Shown one piece after another: positions 25,623 to 38,572 of a stretch of DNA of 64,000 nucleotides. The DNA is from Centroscyllium fabricii. Taxonomy: Eukaryota. A program made the translations under genes and the position numbers. Below the pieces are notes generated by a model, which saw nothing but the letters and a program-made list of their open reading frames with translations, ran no database searches and was not told where the DNA came from. Location: the NCBI GenBank assembly GCA_051313645.2, contig JBNRSN020000019.1:33728001-33792000 (forward strand), given 5' to 3'. Position 1 is the stretch's first letter; every line of letters begins with the position of its first letter.

Positions 25623-26924
25623 GTAAGTTTGGGTGTCAGTGAAGACTGGTATTTTATTCACCACTTTTTTCTTTCGACATTAGCCAGAGCTGATGAGCTA
25701 CAGTTAATCTCAAAAAATTGAATCTTTCATTTCACCAGTTTTCATGGCTTCTGTATAATTTAGCAATCTTGAAATAGGAACTACTTCCTGTATGTCCAGA
25801 ATGTTGTCATGGTTACACTGTTGGCTGCTCACAGCTGATACATTCATACATGCCAACCATTGCAGTCAGCATTTCAAGCCATGTGTGAGCTTGTCAGCAT
25901 TTCACAAGAAAAATATTTTTTAATCAGGGATTGGTGGCGTGAACCAATCAGAAAAGTTAGACAACCGGTTTGGAGGCTGTCAGAATTGGTCAGGTTGGTT
26001 GTTGATTTTAAATAGGTTTCTGGCTCTGTTTAAATAGCAGACATTTTAACACAACAATAATTTCTACCATCATATTTTAAAGGTTTAAGAACCAAAAATG
26101 TTGGCAATGCACTACAGTCTGGTCAACATCTAAACAAGGAAAAGGCAGGTTAACGTTTCACTCTGATTCTTAATCAGAACTCAATTGCAAGGTTTGGGTT
26201 CAAATGCTGTCAACTCAGCCTTCGCCCTCAAAGTTATGTAAAATTTAAAATTGTTTGTTTAAAGTAATTAAATCAGAATATCCACAATCGAGTAACCCCC
26301 TACCTGGCTCTGGCCTGCCATTGGGTACAGGAAAAGGACTGATGCGACAGTTTTATCTTGTAAATGTAGAATGCACCACTGGTTTGGATATTGTAGGTTT
26401 GTTAAATCAGGGGTTAGATTTCCAGTGAAAGAAAGTGGATCTTGCAAACTATTTATTTTCATTTTTAAATGTCTGTGACCCTGTCAGGATAAATTATTCT
26501 TTACTTGATAAACAGAATTACAGTAAGTTTGAAAATGCCATAAAAAGTGCACCAAATGTGTCCAAAAATCAAAAGTTCTCGGAGGTGGGGCGGGGGCGGG
26601 GGGGGGGGGGGGGGGGAGAAGGAAGATGCCAGGGGGAAATGCCCTCCGACCTCCCCAGAAACTAAAGCTCAGGCTTTCTGCATCCATATTTCCTTTCAGT
26701 GATTTCCAAATAAACCACTGCTGCACATTGCACTTTTGTGTACTTTAGATTTTGTCCCTTGCAAGAAGAGTTGAATATTGCTACAGCTTAAGTCCATGTC
26801 CCACTGAACTTTCAGTCTAATTCCCTGTTTATGTATCATGACCTAAATTCACAGCTGGTTTGGGCCTGTCAGCTTTTTTTTAATGCAGTTAATCAGCTTT
26901 TGCTAGCTTTGTAGGATAGCATGT

Positions 26925-27237
26925 CATAGAGTCATACAGCACAGAAAGAGGCTCTTCGGCCCATCACATCAGTGCCGCCCATCCAATCCTAGTCTATTCT
27001 AATCCCACTTTCCTGCATTTGGACCATAGCCTTGTATGTTGTAACCTTTCAGGTGTACATCCAAATGCTTCTTGAACGTTGTGACTGTTCCCGCCTCTAC
27101 TACCCTTTCAGGCAGTGAGTTCCAGACTCCAACCACCCTCTGGGTGAAAAAGTTCTTCCTCACATCCCCCCAAAACCTCCCGCCTCTCACTCTGTATCTA
27201 TGCCCCCTCGTTATTGACCCTTCCACCAATGGAAAAA
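26925..27237 (-). mobile_element. CR1 LINE 3' fragment
   Basis: TRGHRYRVRGGRF...RKNFFTQRVVGVWNSLP...FKKHLD. Confidence 0.85.
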
Positions 27238-27418
27238 GTGCACTAGTTACAGCAACTCACCCCATCCTCCACCAGAACACACAATATTACTCCATTCACC
27301 TGTAATGCTTTAATACTACCAGTAAAAGTTTTATTACTAGAAAAGATGTGAAATTGGACAAAGATGACGATGTGCAAGGCTAAAGACATGCAATCTTAAA
27401 ATTTAAAACACGTCTGTT

Positions 27419-27730
27419 ACATAAGAACATAAGAAATAGGAACAGGAATAAGCCACAGGGCCCCTCGAGCCTGCTCCACCGTTCATTAAGATCATGGCTG
27501 AACTTCTACATCCACTCCGCTTCCCCGCCCTATCCCCATATGCCTTGATTCACTTAGTGCCCAAACATCTATTGATCTCAGTCTTGAATATACCTAGACT
27601 GTGCATCCACAGCCCTCTGGCGTAGAGAATTCTAACAATTCCCAACCCTCTGAGTGAAGAAATTTCTCATCTTAGTCCTAAGTGGCCGATCCTTTAGCCT
27701 GAGACTATGCCCTCAGTTCTAGACTCTCAG
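27419..27730 (-). mobile_element. CR1 LINE 3' fragment (decayed)
   Basis: Tail ACATAAGAACATAAGAAATAGG...CCCCTCGAGCCTGCTCC as at 18215, followed by a degenerate ORF2 end. Confidence 0.8.
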
Positions 27731-27784
27731 AATATACGCATCGACTGAGATATCAATACCTAGATATCAATGTAAAATTATGTA

Positions 27785-28314
27785 CAGGAAACTCTATTAT
27801 CCAGCACCTAAATATCCAGAATTCTCTACTAACCGGCAAAATTCTCGCTCCGAAAACAACACCTCAAAGTTGCCGAGTCCGAGTTCCAGTCTCCCGCGGT
27901 GGCGGAGTCAGTCAATCGGGGTAGTTCTCCAAACTGCCACTGCCCGGATTCTTGGCGCTGTCTGAAGACCTCAAAAACCCTGCAACAGAAGCCTGACTCT
28001 GCCACGCTGCCGGTAGCTTCTTCTGATCCGCCATTTTACAGGGGTACAGTACTGTACTGAGTGTCTCCCACGCTGCTGGTAATCATTACATTCCATTACC
28101 CTCAACTGGCAGTGCTGTACTTAATCAAGCATCTTCCACCATCCATTTAACACAACATTCTGTAGGTGAGTACCCAATTACTGCATACTGCACATTTCTT
28201 GATTTAAAAAAAAATGTCTTTGTTATAAAAAGCCTCAGTAGATCACCCTCTCTGTTATCCAGGAATTTTGATAAACCGGCAACACGCCGGTCGCGGATAA
28301 TAAAGTGTTTCCTG
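27785..28314. mobile_element. Tc1/pogo-type MITE
   Basis: TA|CAGGAAACTCTATTATCC...GGATAATAAAGTGTTTCCTG|TA; second copy in opposite orientation at 38807-39155. Confidence 0.85.
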
Positions 28315-28925
28315 TACATACTTTGAATCTAGCTTTATATCTGTACTTAGATATAGCACAGTAATTAAAACTGCATTTCATGCTAAGAACCAAAAATAAG
28401 TGTATTGTGGAGGTGTGAGGAGGGATTTAAAAGTCTATTAGATCAGCAGCACAGTGCTGTATTAACACCATCAGGAAGTGGTAGATCCTGTTAGCTGCCA
28501 AGCTATCTGGGCCACGTATCTTCGCTGGAGGGGCCAGAAAGAGGACAGGGATGCACGATCCCAAGCCATTCTCTTCCATCTTAAGCGATATCATTTAAGA
28601 CTCTTCAGCAGAAGCCAAGGACCAGGTCATGACCCAACATCTAGGTTGGGAAATGATGCCTAGCATGTGGTGAATTAGTTTTATGAAGAAAACTTTCCAA
28701 AAAGTAGGGAATAGATTTTTAAATAATTAATGGTTTGCCAAAGAACATGATTCATTTTGTGTGTATTTGGAGGAAGGAAGGTACTTGTTGCAGTTTCAGT
28801 CTCCAGTGTTTTTCTAGGCTAATTAGAAAAACCAAGCTAAATGCAGAAAAAAAACTGAGCTGTTTTGAAAACAATTATTTCCATATAGCTCCTTGCCATG
28901 GAGCATTTCCAAGCTCACTCATAAT

Positions 28926-29792
28926 GGGCCAGAATTTCGTGTTGACCACAGTAGCTGCACACGCACGGAGGGGGTCCAAAATGACCCGTGCGATGAACGC
29001 ACGGGACATACGCACGGAACGGAGATTTCAGATGCTGAGGGAGAAGGGCCCTCAGCATCAAACGCAGGAGTGAGTTGCACCCAGAAATTGGGATCCAAAA
29101 GGGTGATGATTGGTGCGTGATTCTGTGGGCAACGGGCCCACAAGCTGCACGGGAGAAAACCAGTAGTAACTCGTACGTGAGGGACAGCAATGCGTTCTTA
29201 AACAAGTTAAGTTACTTTTTTACCTTTAATTTTAAGTTTTAACAGTTTTTGGGAGTAATGTGGCCAGATCGGTATCATTAAATTTGGAAGTTAAAGTTTT
29301 TTTTTAAATGTCACCGATCCGATTTTCAATTGCTATACCTATTCCAAATCGCTAATTTTTAAAGTTAAAGTTCTGAAATTTTAAACTAATTTAGTTAAGT
29401 TAAAAAACTAAGATAAAATCGCTGACTTACCTTCGGTGAAAAGCTGGTCTGGCCGCGCTGCTCACTGCCGAGTCTGTGAGTGCAGCGCCTCACGTCCCTG
29501 CTCTCTAAAAGGTCCGACTCGGGATCTGTGGGCGTTTTTTTATTTAAATTGGTGATCTGTGGGCGTTTTTTAATTTATATTGGTGATCTGTGGGCAGGGC
29601 ATCACTGCTGCCCACGCACGACGGCAGCGCATCAACTGCGCTCCTAGGGTGGCTGGACTGCCACGCAGCGCAGGAATGGGGTGGAGCCGAGCCGAAAGTC
29701 TGGGAGCAAAAACTGTGCGAGGTTGGTGCGGTTCGTTAGGGATCCGCATGGTCATAGCACCCGCACAAACGGCAGAGCCTAAATTCTGGCCC
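28926..29792. mobile_element. Harbinger-type MITE
   Basis: Perfect 12-bp TIR GGGCCAGAATTT/AAATTCTGGCCC with 3-bp TSD AAT/AAT; GC-rich ends and AT-rich middle. Confidence 0.85.
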
Positions 29793-30785
29793 AATGTGTC
29801 ACAAATGTTTTTTTTTAATATAAATAACTTGCATTTATAGAGCAGTCCTTGTGTGGAGGAATGTTGCAGAATACTAGAACAAAATATTCTAGTTTCCTAC
29901 ATTATAACAGCGACTACACTTCAAAAGTACTTGGTTTTAAAGTGCTTTGGCACATCTGGTGGTCGTGAAAGATACTATATAAATGCAAGACTGTATTTTC
30001 TTTTACTTATCGCTCTTCTTGTTCCCAGTGTACCAGCATTGAACTACAACTTACAAGTTACTGCTTCCAGAAGTTCTACCTTGGTAGTAATAGAAAATAT
30101 GTTCAGGGTAATACCCGTTCATTTACACTGTACATATAATTCACAATGATCCAGATGTTCGACGGTCTGCAGAAGTATACCAAAAAAGATCTTGCTAAAG
30201 TCCAGAGGCAAAAAAGCATACATGACCCTGAAACATTAAAGCAAAGGTTGATTGATTACTTTCGTTTTAAAACATGTCTACGAAAAGCCTTTTAAAAGAG
30301 CCCATAGTGTGAATGGAAATCAAAGTATATTGGCTGATCAAGTATATTATTTTCAAGACTGAAGCACTACACAACTATATTCTTGTACTGAACTACTGCA
30401 GAACCACAGAAATTTGAGTTTTACAGTATATCATTTTAAACATTTAAACAATTACAATTCTCCACAACTAAAACAAGCTAAGAAAGGTATGTTCGTCTAA
30501 AAGACTTCAAATTACAAGTTACTAGGACACCTCCTTGATCAAAAGGCAAAGGAGCTGTGACCATTCTAGCAGTAATTAATAACTTAATGTTAGAGAGGAC
30601 AGTATAAAAATGTAGCAAACCATTGGTAAATAACACTATTCTGTGCCATCTTTTTCTCAATGCCCTTTTGAAAGAAACAAATCTTCCAAATATTAAAACA
30701 AAATTCAGAGCTGTTCATTGAACTTGATGTTTTATGGTTATTGTAGATGACAGTTGATAACATCTGTTGCCTTCCAAGATACCCA

Positions 30786-31447
30786 GGGGCTAGAAAATGG
30801 GCACTGCAGCGCCTCCCGTTATCGCCACCAGGTGGCGATAATGGGGCACTAATCTCTTACCGACCAGGCATGGCGACAAGATCAACTCCTGTTATATCGG
30901 CGGGAGGTTTGCGGCGGTGGTATGGCACTGCGCCCCGATCTCCTTCGCCTGGAGATCGTGACGTCATCACCGTCCGAAGTTCAGTTCCGCCCCCTGCAGC
31001 ATTGTCGGGCAAAAACACCGGCAACTGCAGGAGGTGTTTATCCGGAGGCCGGGCACTTCGGGGGCAAAACATAAAGTGAGGTGGCTGAGGTAAGTGGAAA
31101 AAAAGTGAAATGCTGTTCATGCTTTTTTTTCTTCACCAGCAATTGATCAGCCCAGCACTCTGCTGCAGTGCATCGGGCTGGATCACAGCTGCCATTGGGG
31201 ACCCGGTAAGTTTTGCCCTTGCGGAGCCGGCAGCGATGGCCTTTCTCTTTAAGGGAGAGAAGGAGCCTTCCAATGCGGCAGCGCGGCACGGCCCAGTGTG
31301 CTGTGCTGCACACCTACCCTGCTGCCTGCTGCGCTCCAGGAAGGAAGTGGCGCGCTTGATTCAGCGCTCCACCTGCTTCCTGGAGCGCAAAACCAAATTT
31401 TATTTTTAAGTTGGCGCCCCAAACGGGGCGATACCAAATTTCTCCCG
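30786..31447. mobile_element. Harbinger-type non-autonomous element
   Basis: Starts GGGGCTAGAAAAT; right end GCGCCCCAAACGGGGCGATACCAAATTTCT resembles the right end of the Harbinger at 55150-55185. Confidence 0.7.
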
Positions 31448-32234
31448 AAGAGTCTGGATCAATACTATATTAGTTAAATACTTTCTACCTCTTTTACATG
31501 AGATTCATATAGTGTCCACAAACTATGTGATCCCTGGGTCATAAATATTTGAATAGATACTGGGCAGAAAAAGGGCTACCGCAGATCACAGGGGCACAGA
31601 GTCCACTTTTATGACCAGTGACATTGACCGCAAGAGAATACGGAGCATAAAATTGAAAACAGCAAATTGTATTTCTAAAATCAAAAACCCCATGGAGAGC
31701 ATGTGGGGATGGTTGCGATACAGCAGTGTAAATATATTTAGAAGAACATACTATCGAAGATGGATAATTCCTCTTTCTACATTCTGCACACCAGAGGAGC
31801 ATATCAGAGCAGTAAAATTCAGGAAGGAGGCCTCTGTAAAGAGGGTTGAGCACCAAACCAACAGAACAGATCCCTCAAAGGCGAGATCTTGAGAAGCTGC
31901 CAAATTCAATGCGTTGTGAATAAGTGATTTTTCCATACAAGTTCAACAGGCACATCGTTGCGTGAAGCCCCCAACATGGTCACTGACTGTGTCGGGTAAG
32001 CCTTCACACTACCCTTGGGCTCACTATCCATAAGGATATTGCAGTGGAGAACACGATCCATTTAGCTACATGCTGTTTGTTTATCAATAGCTTTTACACC
32101 AGAGGAAACAAATACTTTGCATAATTTACAAAATGATTCAGTATATTGGTGATGTAAACCGGTGGAATTCTTTGCTTATCTAGGGAATTAAGTTGGAGGA
32201 GGAGGGTGATAATTTCCTGTCCTAGATAGAAATG

Positions 32235-32422
32235 ATGTGGAGGTGCCGGTGTTGGACTGGGGTGGACAAATGCAAGAAGTCACACAACACCAGGTTATAG
32301 TCCAACAGTTTTATTTTAAATCACAAGCTTTCGGAGCTTTTGCCCCGGGGCAAAAGCTCCGAAAGCTTGTGATTTAAAATAAAACTGTTGGACTATAATC
32401 TGGTGTTGTGTGACTTCTTGCA
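32235..32422. mobile_element. fold-back (palindromic) Penelope-pLTR-like element
   Basis: ~154-bp near-perfect palindrome 32270-32423; 12-bp direct repeat TAGATAGAAATG on both flanks. Confidence 0.8.
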
Positions 32423-32964
32423 TAGATAGAAATGGGAAGCAATTTAGGAAAAAACAGCGAGTTTTTAAACTACCGAATCAGGTAACCATAGCATTTATTG
32501 ATTACCTATAATTAAGGTTTGTAATTCACTAACCCTGCAAGCAGCAACTAATATTGACAGCAAAGCAATTTGCTAAGAAAGGAATAGATTCCAAAGGTAA
32601 ATTCATCAATTTTTGCAGTACATAATTAAGGTCCTAATTTGGGACCAAAATTTCCAGGAAGCCTCCTGTCATGATTCAGAATTATTTTGACTATTTTTCC
32701 ATAGTAAAGATTTGAAAATAAACGTTACTAATTTTTTTAAGCAAAGTGCGTTCTCCTGAGTTTAAAAAAGGTGAAAGGTAATTAATATGCTAAATGGAAG
32801 TTGTTTTCCCAGAAACTAAACAATTTGTCAGCTTATCCAGGTTGTCTAAAAATGACTCGCATGCATTGCGTTAAAAAGTCTTTTGATCTCTGACTGTCTG
32901 TGAAGAAGAAAGTAAAGACATGGACACCACCATGAGCGAGATTTTATTGGAAGGGTGATCAGGC

Positions 32965-33100
32965 TATTAAACAATAAAAACTTGCATTTATATTGCGCCA
33001 CATAAGGAAATATTAGGACGTGCGACCAAAAGCTAAGCTTGGTCAAAGGGGTAGGTTTTAAGGAGCATCTTAAAGCAGGAGAAAGAGGTGGAGAGGGGGA
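32965..33100 (-). mobile_element. L2 3' tail fragment
   Basis: Matches 440-615 (ACTTGCATTTATAT...GGTAGGTTTTAAGGAGCATCTTAAAG). Confidence 0.65.
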
Positions 33101-34140
33101 GGATCAGTTGGAAGACAACCATCAGGTGAACTGATTGAACTAAGCGAATCTGATCGCTCTGCATGTTCACGTGCTGTGATAAAGCAGCTTAATGATTCGT
33201 ATCAAGCCTTGTCTCAAGTGATTGCTTGGTTTGCCTTCACATAAATTGAAGAAATATTTATGTAAAATACATGATATCAGTTGATATCAAAACAGGGTAC
33301 TATTGGGTTATCCTATTGCACACACAGATATAGGGCAGTGTGAGTTAACTCCCGCAAAAAGTAAGGCCCTTAGAGCGATGGATGCCACAGAACCCAAAAG
33401 GCATCAGCAGCAGATCCAAATTGTAATACTTAATGAACTAAGAACACGTGATAACAAAGGACAGGAGAGACCAGTTGGTCCATCGAGCCTGCCTTATACT
33501 GTCACAGTGTAACGTCTGCACACTGTGGCCCTTTCGCCCGCTCATTGGCCATGAAATCCGGCAGAGGCAAAAAAACAACCGTAGACCAAATTAGGAAAAC
33601 CCAATGACACCAAGAGCTGAATGCCGAATGATGTGCAGGAAACAGTTTTTCAAAAGCCAAAATGGCAGAAACAAAAACTTTAAAATTACTTGGAGGAACT
33701 GAAAATTTAAATAAATGTAAAAAGTTTAGAATCACAATATTATGAGATTTGTACATACATCAAAAACGTATAATTTTTATAAGCACACTGTTGTCAGGTT
33801 TTATAGTAGAAACTCTATGTAAGGTTATCGTGCTGTTGATTTACAGTTTCAGAAAAGCTTTGTTGCATTAGCTCGTGTCCTTCAAATAACCAGTGGAGTG
33901 ACAACAAATTCAGATACTTCATATCTTTCCTGTCGAACAGACTGAAGGATTTCTGTGAGGGACATGTTCTGTTGCCTATGAAAATGAGAAACTAATTTCT
34001 AAAGCAAAAAAGCATAAGTTGGTTGTTCAATTTTTTTCAATTTAAAAAAACTTTATTGGCATGACAGTATAAAACATAACATACATAGTTAAAATGCATA
34101 GATAGATACAGGTATACTATGTATGGGCAGATATGCCCCT

Positions 34141-34141
34141 G

Positions 34142-34173
<32 letters not shown>
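34141..34173. repeat. (TA)n microsatellite
   Basis: Direct TA run. Confidence 0.9.
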
Positions 34174-34174
<1 letters not shown>

Positions 34175-34230
34175 CACACAATACATCTGTAACCTTTTAT
34201 CGGTTGCTACACATTCTTGCAGTTACAAAC

Positions 34231-34523
34231 TGATGCACAATCAATTACACTCGAGACGAGGTTAGGAATGTAACTGAGGCTTTTATTACCTAAAGAAGTG
34301 GAGTACAGGTTGCCGATCCCAAGAATGCCTCGCAGTCAGCCGTGCTGCTACTTTAATATGGCAGCCTGTGGGTGGAGTCAGCCGAGTCCTCCCAGATGGA
34401 CAACAAGTGGACAAGAGTGAACAAGAGGCAACCTATACTCCCAGTGAAGTTAGATATATACAGTGCAATACCATGGTTCATCACACGTAACTATATACAA
34501 TGTAAATACAGTGATTCACCACA
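34231..34523 (-). mobile_element. solo LTR
   Basis: Minus strand TGTGGTGAATCAC...GTAATTGATTGTGCATCA with internal AATAAA; perfect 5-bp TSD CAAAC. Confidence 0.85.
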
Positions 34524-34729
34524 CAAACAGTATAATAATTAGTGTTGATTAGTCTCCGTTTGTGTGTGCGTACGTGTGTGCATGTTGGTCATTCACTGTC
34601 TCTCAGGTTGTGGCATGCTGTTACGTATTGTGCACCAAGCTGTGCCCTATTTCCCTCGCCAAGGATTATTCTTAGTTTTGATATAGGTTTGGTTTCAGGA
34701 GACACTACTTTTTGATTAGTCCTGAATAG

Positions 34730-35282
34730 ACTTTCCACCATCTTCAAGGCACAAGTCAGGAGTGTGATGGAATACTCTCCACTTGCCTGGATGAGTGCAG
34801 CTCCAACAACACTCAAGATGCTCGTCACCATAGAGGACAAAGCAGCCTGTTTGATTAGCACCCCATCCACCACCTTCAACATTCACTCCCTCCACCAGCA
34901 GTGTACCATGGCTGCAGTGTGTACCATCTACAAGATGCACTGCAGCAACTCGCCAAGGCTTCTTCAGCAGCACCTCCCAAACCCACAACCTCTTCCACCT
35001 AGAAGGACAAGGGCAGCAGGCGCATGGGAACACCACCAGCTCCAAGTTCCCCTCAAAGTCACACACCATCCTGACTTAGAAGTATATCGCTGATCCTTCA
35101 TCGTCGCTGGATCAAAATCTTAGAACTCCCTCCCTAACAGCACTGTGGGAGTACCTTCACCACACTGACTGCAGTGATTGAAGAAGGTGGCTCACCACCA
35201 CCTTCTCGAGGGGAACTAGGAATGGGCAATAAATGCTGGTCTTGCCAGCGACGCTCTGATCCCATAAGCGAATAAAAAAAAA
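34730..35282 (+). mobile_element. CR1-group LINE 3' fragment (family of 5220-7320)
   Basis: MEYSPLAWMSAAPTTL...LLQQHLPNPQPLP; ends GAATAAAAAAA. Confidence 0.85.
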
Positions 35283-35874
35283 TTAACGAGGACACACAGC
35301 GAGGCAGCTCAGTCTCCGACTGCGTACTCCCTCCAAGTGATGGGCAGAAAGATGATGTTCTAATGCATGCGTTAACGGATAAGGTGGACCGTATCTGGGC
35401 ACGTTTGAGATTAGGTTTTTCCTTGCTTGTTCAAATAGCGGGCTGCTGTTGTGTTGCGTGTCCAAACAAACAAACCCAAAATTGGAGTCAGAAAAATGAA
35501 CTGGTCACACTGATTTGAGTTCCAGATGATTGACATACCTCTTTAACTCATCCTGTTAAGCACGTCCTAAGCCTAATTGTGTTAGAGGTGGGCTCCCCAA
35601 GCATCTGATGATATACATTGGAAGGCAGGAAAAATTAAGAGCACTCCCTCCAAGATACTGTCTGGAACTACCTATGAGTCTACAACTCATGCCTGATTAA
35701 CACTCATCAGAAAGGCCATTGTTGTCCATGAAGGTGGTGCAAAGCTATGAGCTAGGAGATTGAGTTACAGTGCTTCCATAAACATTGGATGCAATAAAAA
35801 CAGCTGTTACCATTAATCCCAGAATGTGAAGATATAGGGATATTGAAAATATGGATTGCTCGTGTAGAGTAAAA

Positions 35875-37240
35875 GAACTGATTTAAAATCCATTTTACCA
35901 AATACAATTTAGTTGCAGAGCTAAAAGTTTTTAGTAACACACTGTCTCGCAATAAACCTCTCAGCTTTGGGATTGTAACAGCCAATATCCTTTGAACAGA
36001 ATTCTGTCTCAGGCACAATTTTCATTATAATAACCAATTTTAAATAGAGAAGTGAAGGCTGTTTCCTATGATTAAATGGAACAATTAAAGCATTGTAAGT
36101 GCTTACAGTAAGTCCCCACTGAAACTCAGTGAAAAATTTTTTTTTTAATATTGTGAGAAAAAAAGCAAGATATACAAATTTTTCTGTCGACTAATTGTAA
36201 CAAATTGATTAAAGCAAACATTTTAATGACTGTTAAAATAACAAGTCGAGACATTTTACCCAGGTGCATTGGTCAATTCATTAAAATAATCAACAGAGGA
36301 ACTTATGCCCCTAAATGCATTAAGGGCATAATGTGTAAATGGAATATAATTTTGCTCTTCATTTACATTCTCCATGCAAAACTTTGCCACTGTCCTACTG
36401 TCTGGAGGAATCATATGATTGGCTTGGAAACCTTGATGTCACAAAGTTGTCAACACATAATTTAATGGTTCACACCCTCTATATAAAAGGCAGTTTGTGT
36501 ACCTGATAGCTCATTTTTACCAGCTCCTGAACTGTACCCGTATATTACTTGATATCATACACATTATCTCATAAAATTACTGGACCTGACTTTAAGAAAA
36601 AAAATTCTCTCAGTTAGCCACTATTGCTCTTTTCAGAACAAAAAGGATGAAATTATCCAGAGAATATGATTACTGTGCTTACGTTAAAAATAAGGGTCAA
36701 TATGTTTAAAATAGTCTCAGATTCTACAACAGGAGGGCAAAGCCTTAAACTTAGAAGAGGGAGGGTGAAAAGATGGTTTCGAGTTAACGGCTTCACACAG
36801 GCTGTGGAATATATGGAACCGATGCTAAGGGAGGCAGTGGGCCATTATTGTATCAGCAATTTCATGGGAGATTGGGATCAGTTCGAAATTGGATCAATTT
36901 CGGTAGTTGGAGAAGTTAGCAAAAAATCTGATGGAGGGAAATGAGGGGTAGCATGAGATATGACATTTCCGAGATATTGTGCCGGGGCAGATCGACCACA
37001 ATGGTCATCTCCAATCCTGTACATCCCAAGGTGAAGATTAGAAGAGGTAAACTAAGAATTATGGCTTCACTTCTCCATTTCAAGTTGGTCACTAAATTGA
37101 AAATTGTGCCCAAGATGAACTTTTGTTTAAAAGGTTGTTATAGTCCCAAAGTTAAGTGTTTGATTGCTAGACGGTGAGCTGCTAAAAACTTTTAGCTCTA
37201 CAACCAAATCGTATTTTGGAAAAAATGGAATAATAATCAC
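35875..37240. repeat. long degenerate inverted repeat (probable old DNA transposon) containing a decayed CR1 piece at ~36690-37030
   Basis: 35887-36060 aligns by eye to the reverse complement of 37063-37230 (AGAGCTAAAAGTTTTTAG, CTTTGGGA, GGCACAATTTTCA, GAGAAGTGAAG). Confidence 0.6.
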
Positions 37241-37743
37241 TTCCACATCATGAAGCATAAAGCAGACACCATTACCAAAAGCAACAGCTGTAATATGTCA
37301 GTATTTTACTGTGCAATGCAAGTTTACTTTGCTGTGCAATATTTTCAGTACAAAAGTGTTTTTTTTTTAAATAGTCTTCAGTTATGGAGCGTAAAGTTTT
37401 CACTAGCTCTGTGACCCATAATGAAACTCTCATCTTTGGGCATGTAACAGTCCGTTATTTTCTAATTCATTTGATTAATAGCCACACAAATAACAAAATC
37501 TTATTTCTCTCAATTGTTACTGTCTTTGCAGTAGTGAAAATCAGAATTGGCATATACAGTGGTAAAGGATTGGCGTGGAGATCGGCAAGGTCTCCATGTC
37601 ACCGGTCTTGCTAGGTTCATCGCCTCTCCCTCCACCCCCACCGTTAATAGCTCCTGTTACTTCGCTACAATAATGTGCCAAAAAGGGATACTGTCTACAT
37701 CAAAAAGTGGTTGTTAAATCTGGGAGGTTTGGAAAAGAGGAAG

Positions 37744-38256
37744 CATAGAAACATAGAAAATAGGTGCAGGAGTAGACCATTCGGCCCTTCGAGCCTGCAC
37801 CGCCATTCAATACGTTCATGGCTGAACATGCTACATCAGTACCCCGTTCCTGCTTTCTCGCCATATCCCTTGATCCCCCTAGTTGTAAGTATTACATCTA
37901 ATTTCCTTTTGAATATATTTAGTGAACTGGCCTCAACAACTTTCTGTGGTAGGGAATTCCACAGGTTCACCACTCTCTGGGTGAAGAAGTTTCTCCTCAC
38001 CTCGGTCCTAAATGGCTTACCCCTTATCCTTAGTCTGTGCCCCCTGGTTCTGGACTTCCCCAACATTGGGAACATTCTGCCCGCATCTAACCTGTCTAAA
38101 CCGGTCAGTATTTTAAACGTTTCTATGAGATCCCCCCTCATTCTTCGGAACTCCAGAGAGTACAAGTTCAGTTGATCCAGTCTTTCTTGATATGTCAGTC
38201 CGGCCATCCCGGGAATCAATCTAGTAAACCTTCGCTGCACTCCCTGAATAGCAAGA
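37744..38256 (-). mobile_element. CR1 LINE (HER1-like) 3' fragment
   Basis: VQRRFTRLIPGM...RRMRGDLIETFKIL...RRNFFTQRVVNLWNSLP; tail shared with the HE1-like SINEs. Confidence 0.9.
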
Positions 38257-38572
38257 ATTAACACATTCTGAAAGATAGCGTGCATGTATTTAAATGCCAT
38301 TATGTCTTATGCTAATTTCTAAATTTGGCTCTTTGTGCATGAGGACAGTGCCCTTTTAATTCAACTCCAGAAGAGCAGACCCACTGCAGTAGGTAACATT
38401 TCCTACATCAATCACATGTGTTGCCTGTTTAAAGGAGGGTGTCAGCAATTAATTGGCAATTGCACAAAACCATGTGCACTCCATGTGCGGCAGACTTATA
38501 GCTACTTGGCATGGTGCTAAAACTGTCCAGGCACATACAAGGCAAAAAAGATTTTAATTTGTCAAAGTCAGT

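Noticed and set aside
26586-26616. poly-G / G-quadruplex (also 13101-13130)
   Set aside because: Simple homopolymer expansion with no further support for function.
32270-32423. pre-miRNA gene
   Set aside because: Repeat family with a TSD and a second copy at 58.9 kb; better explained as a mobile element, though it could yield siRNAs.
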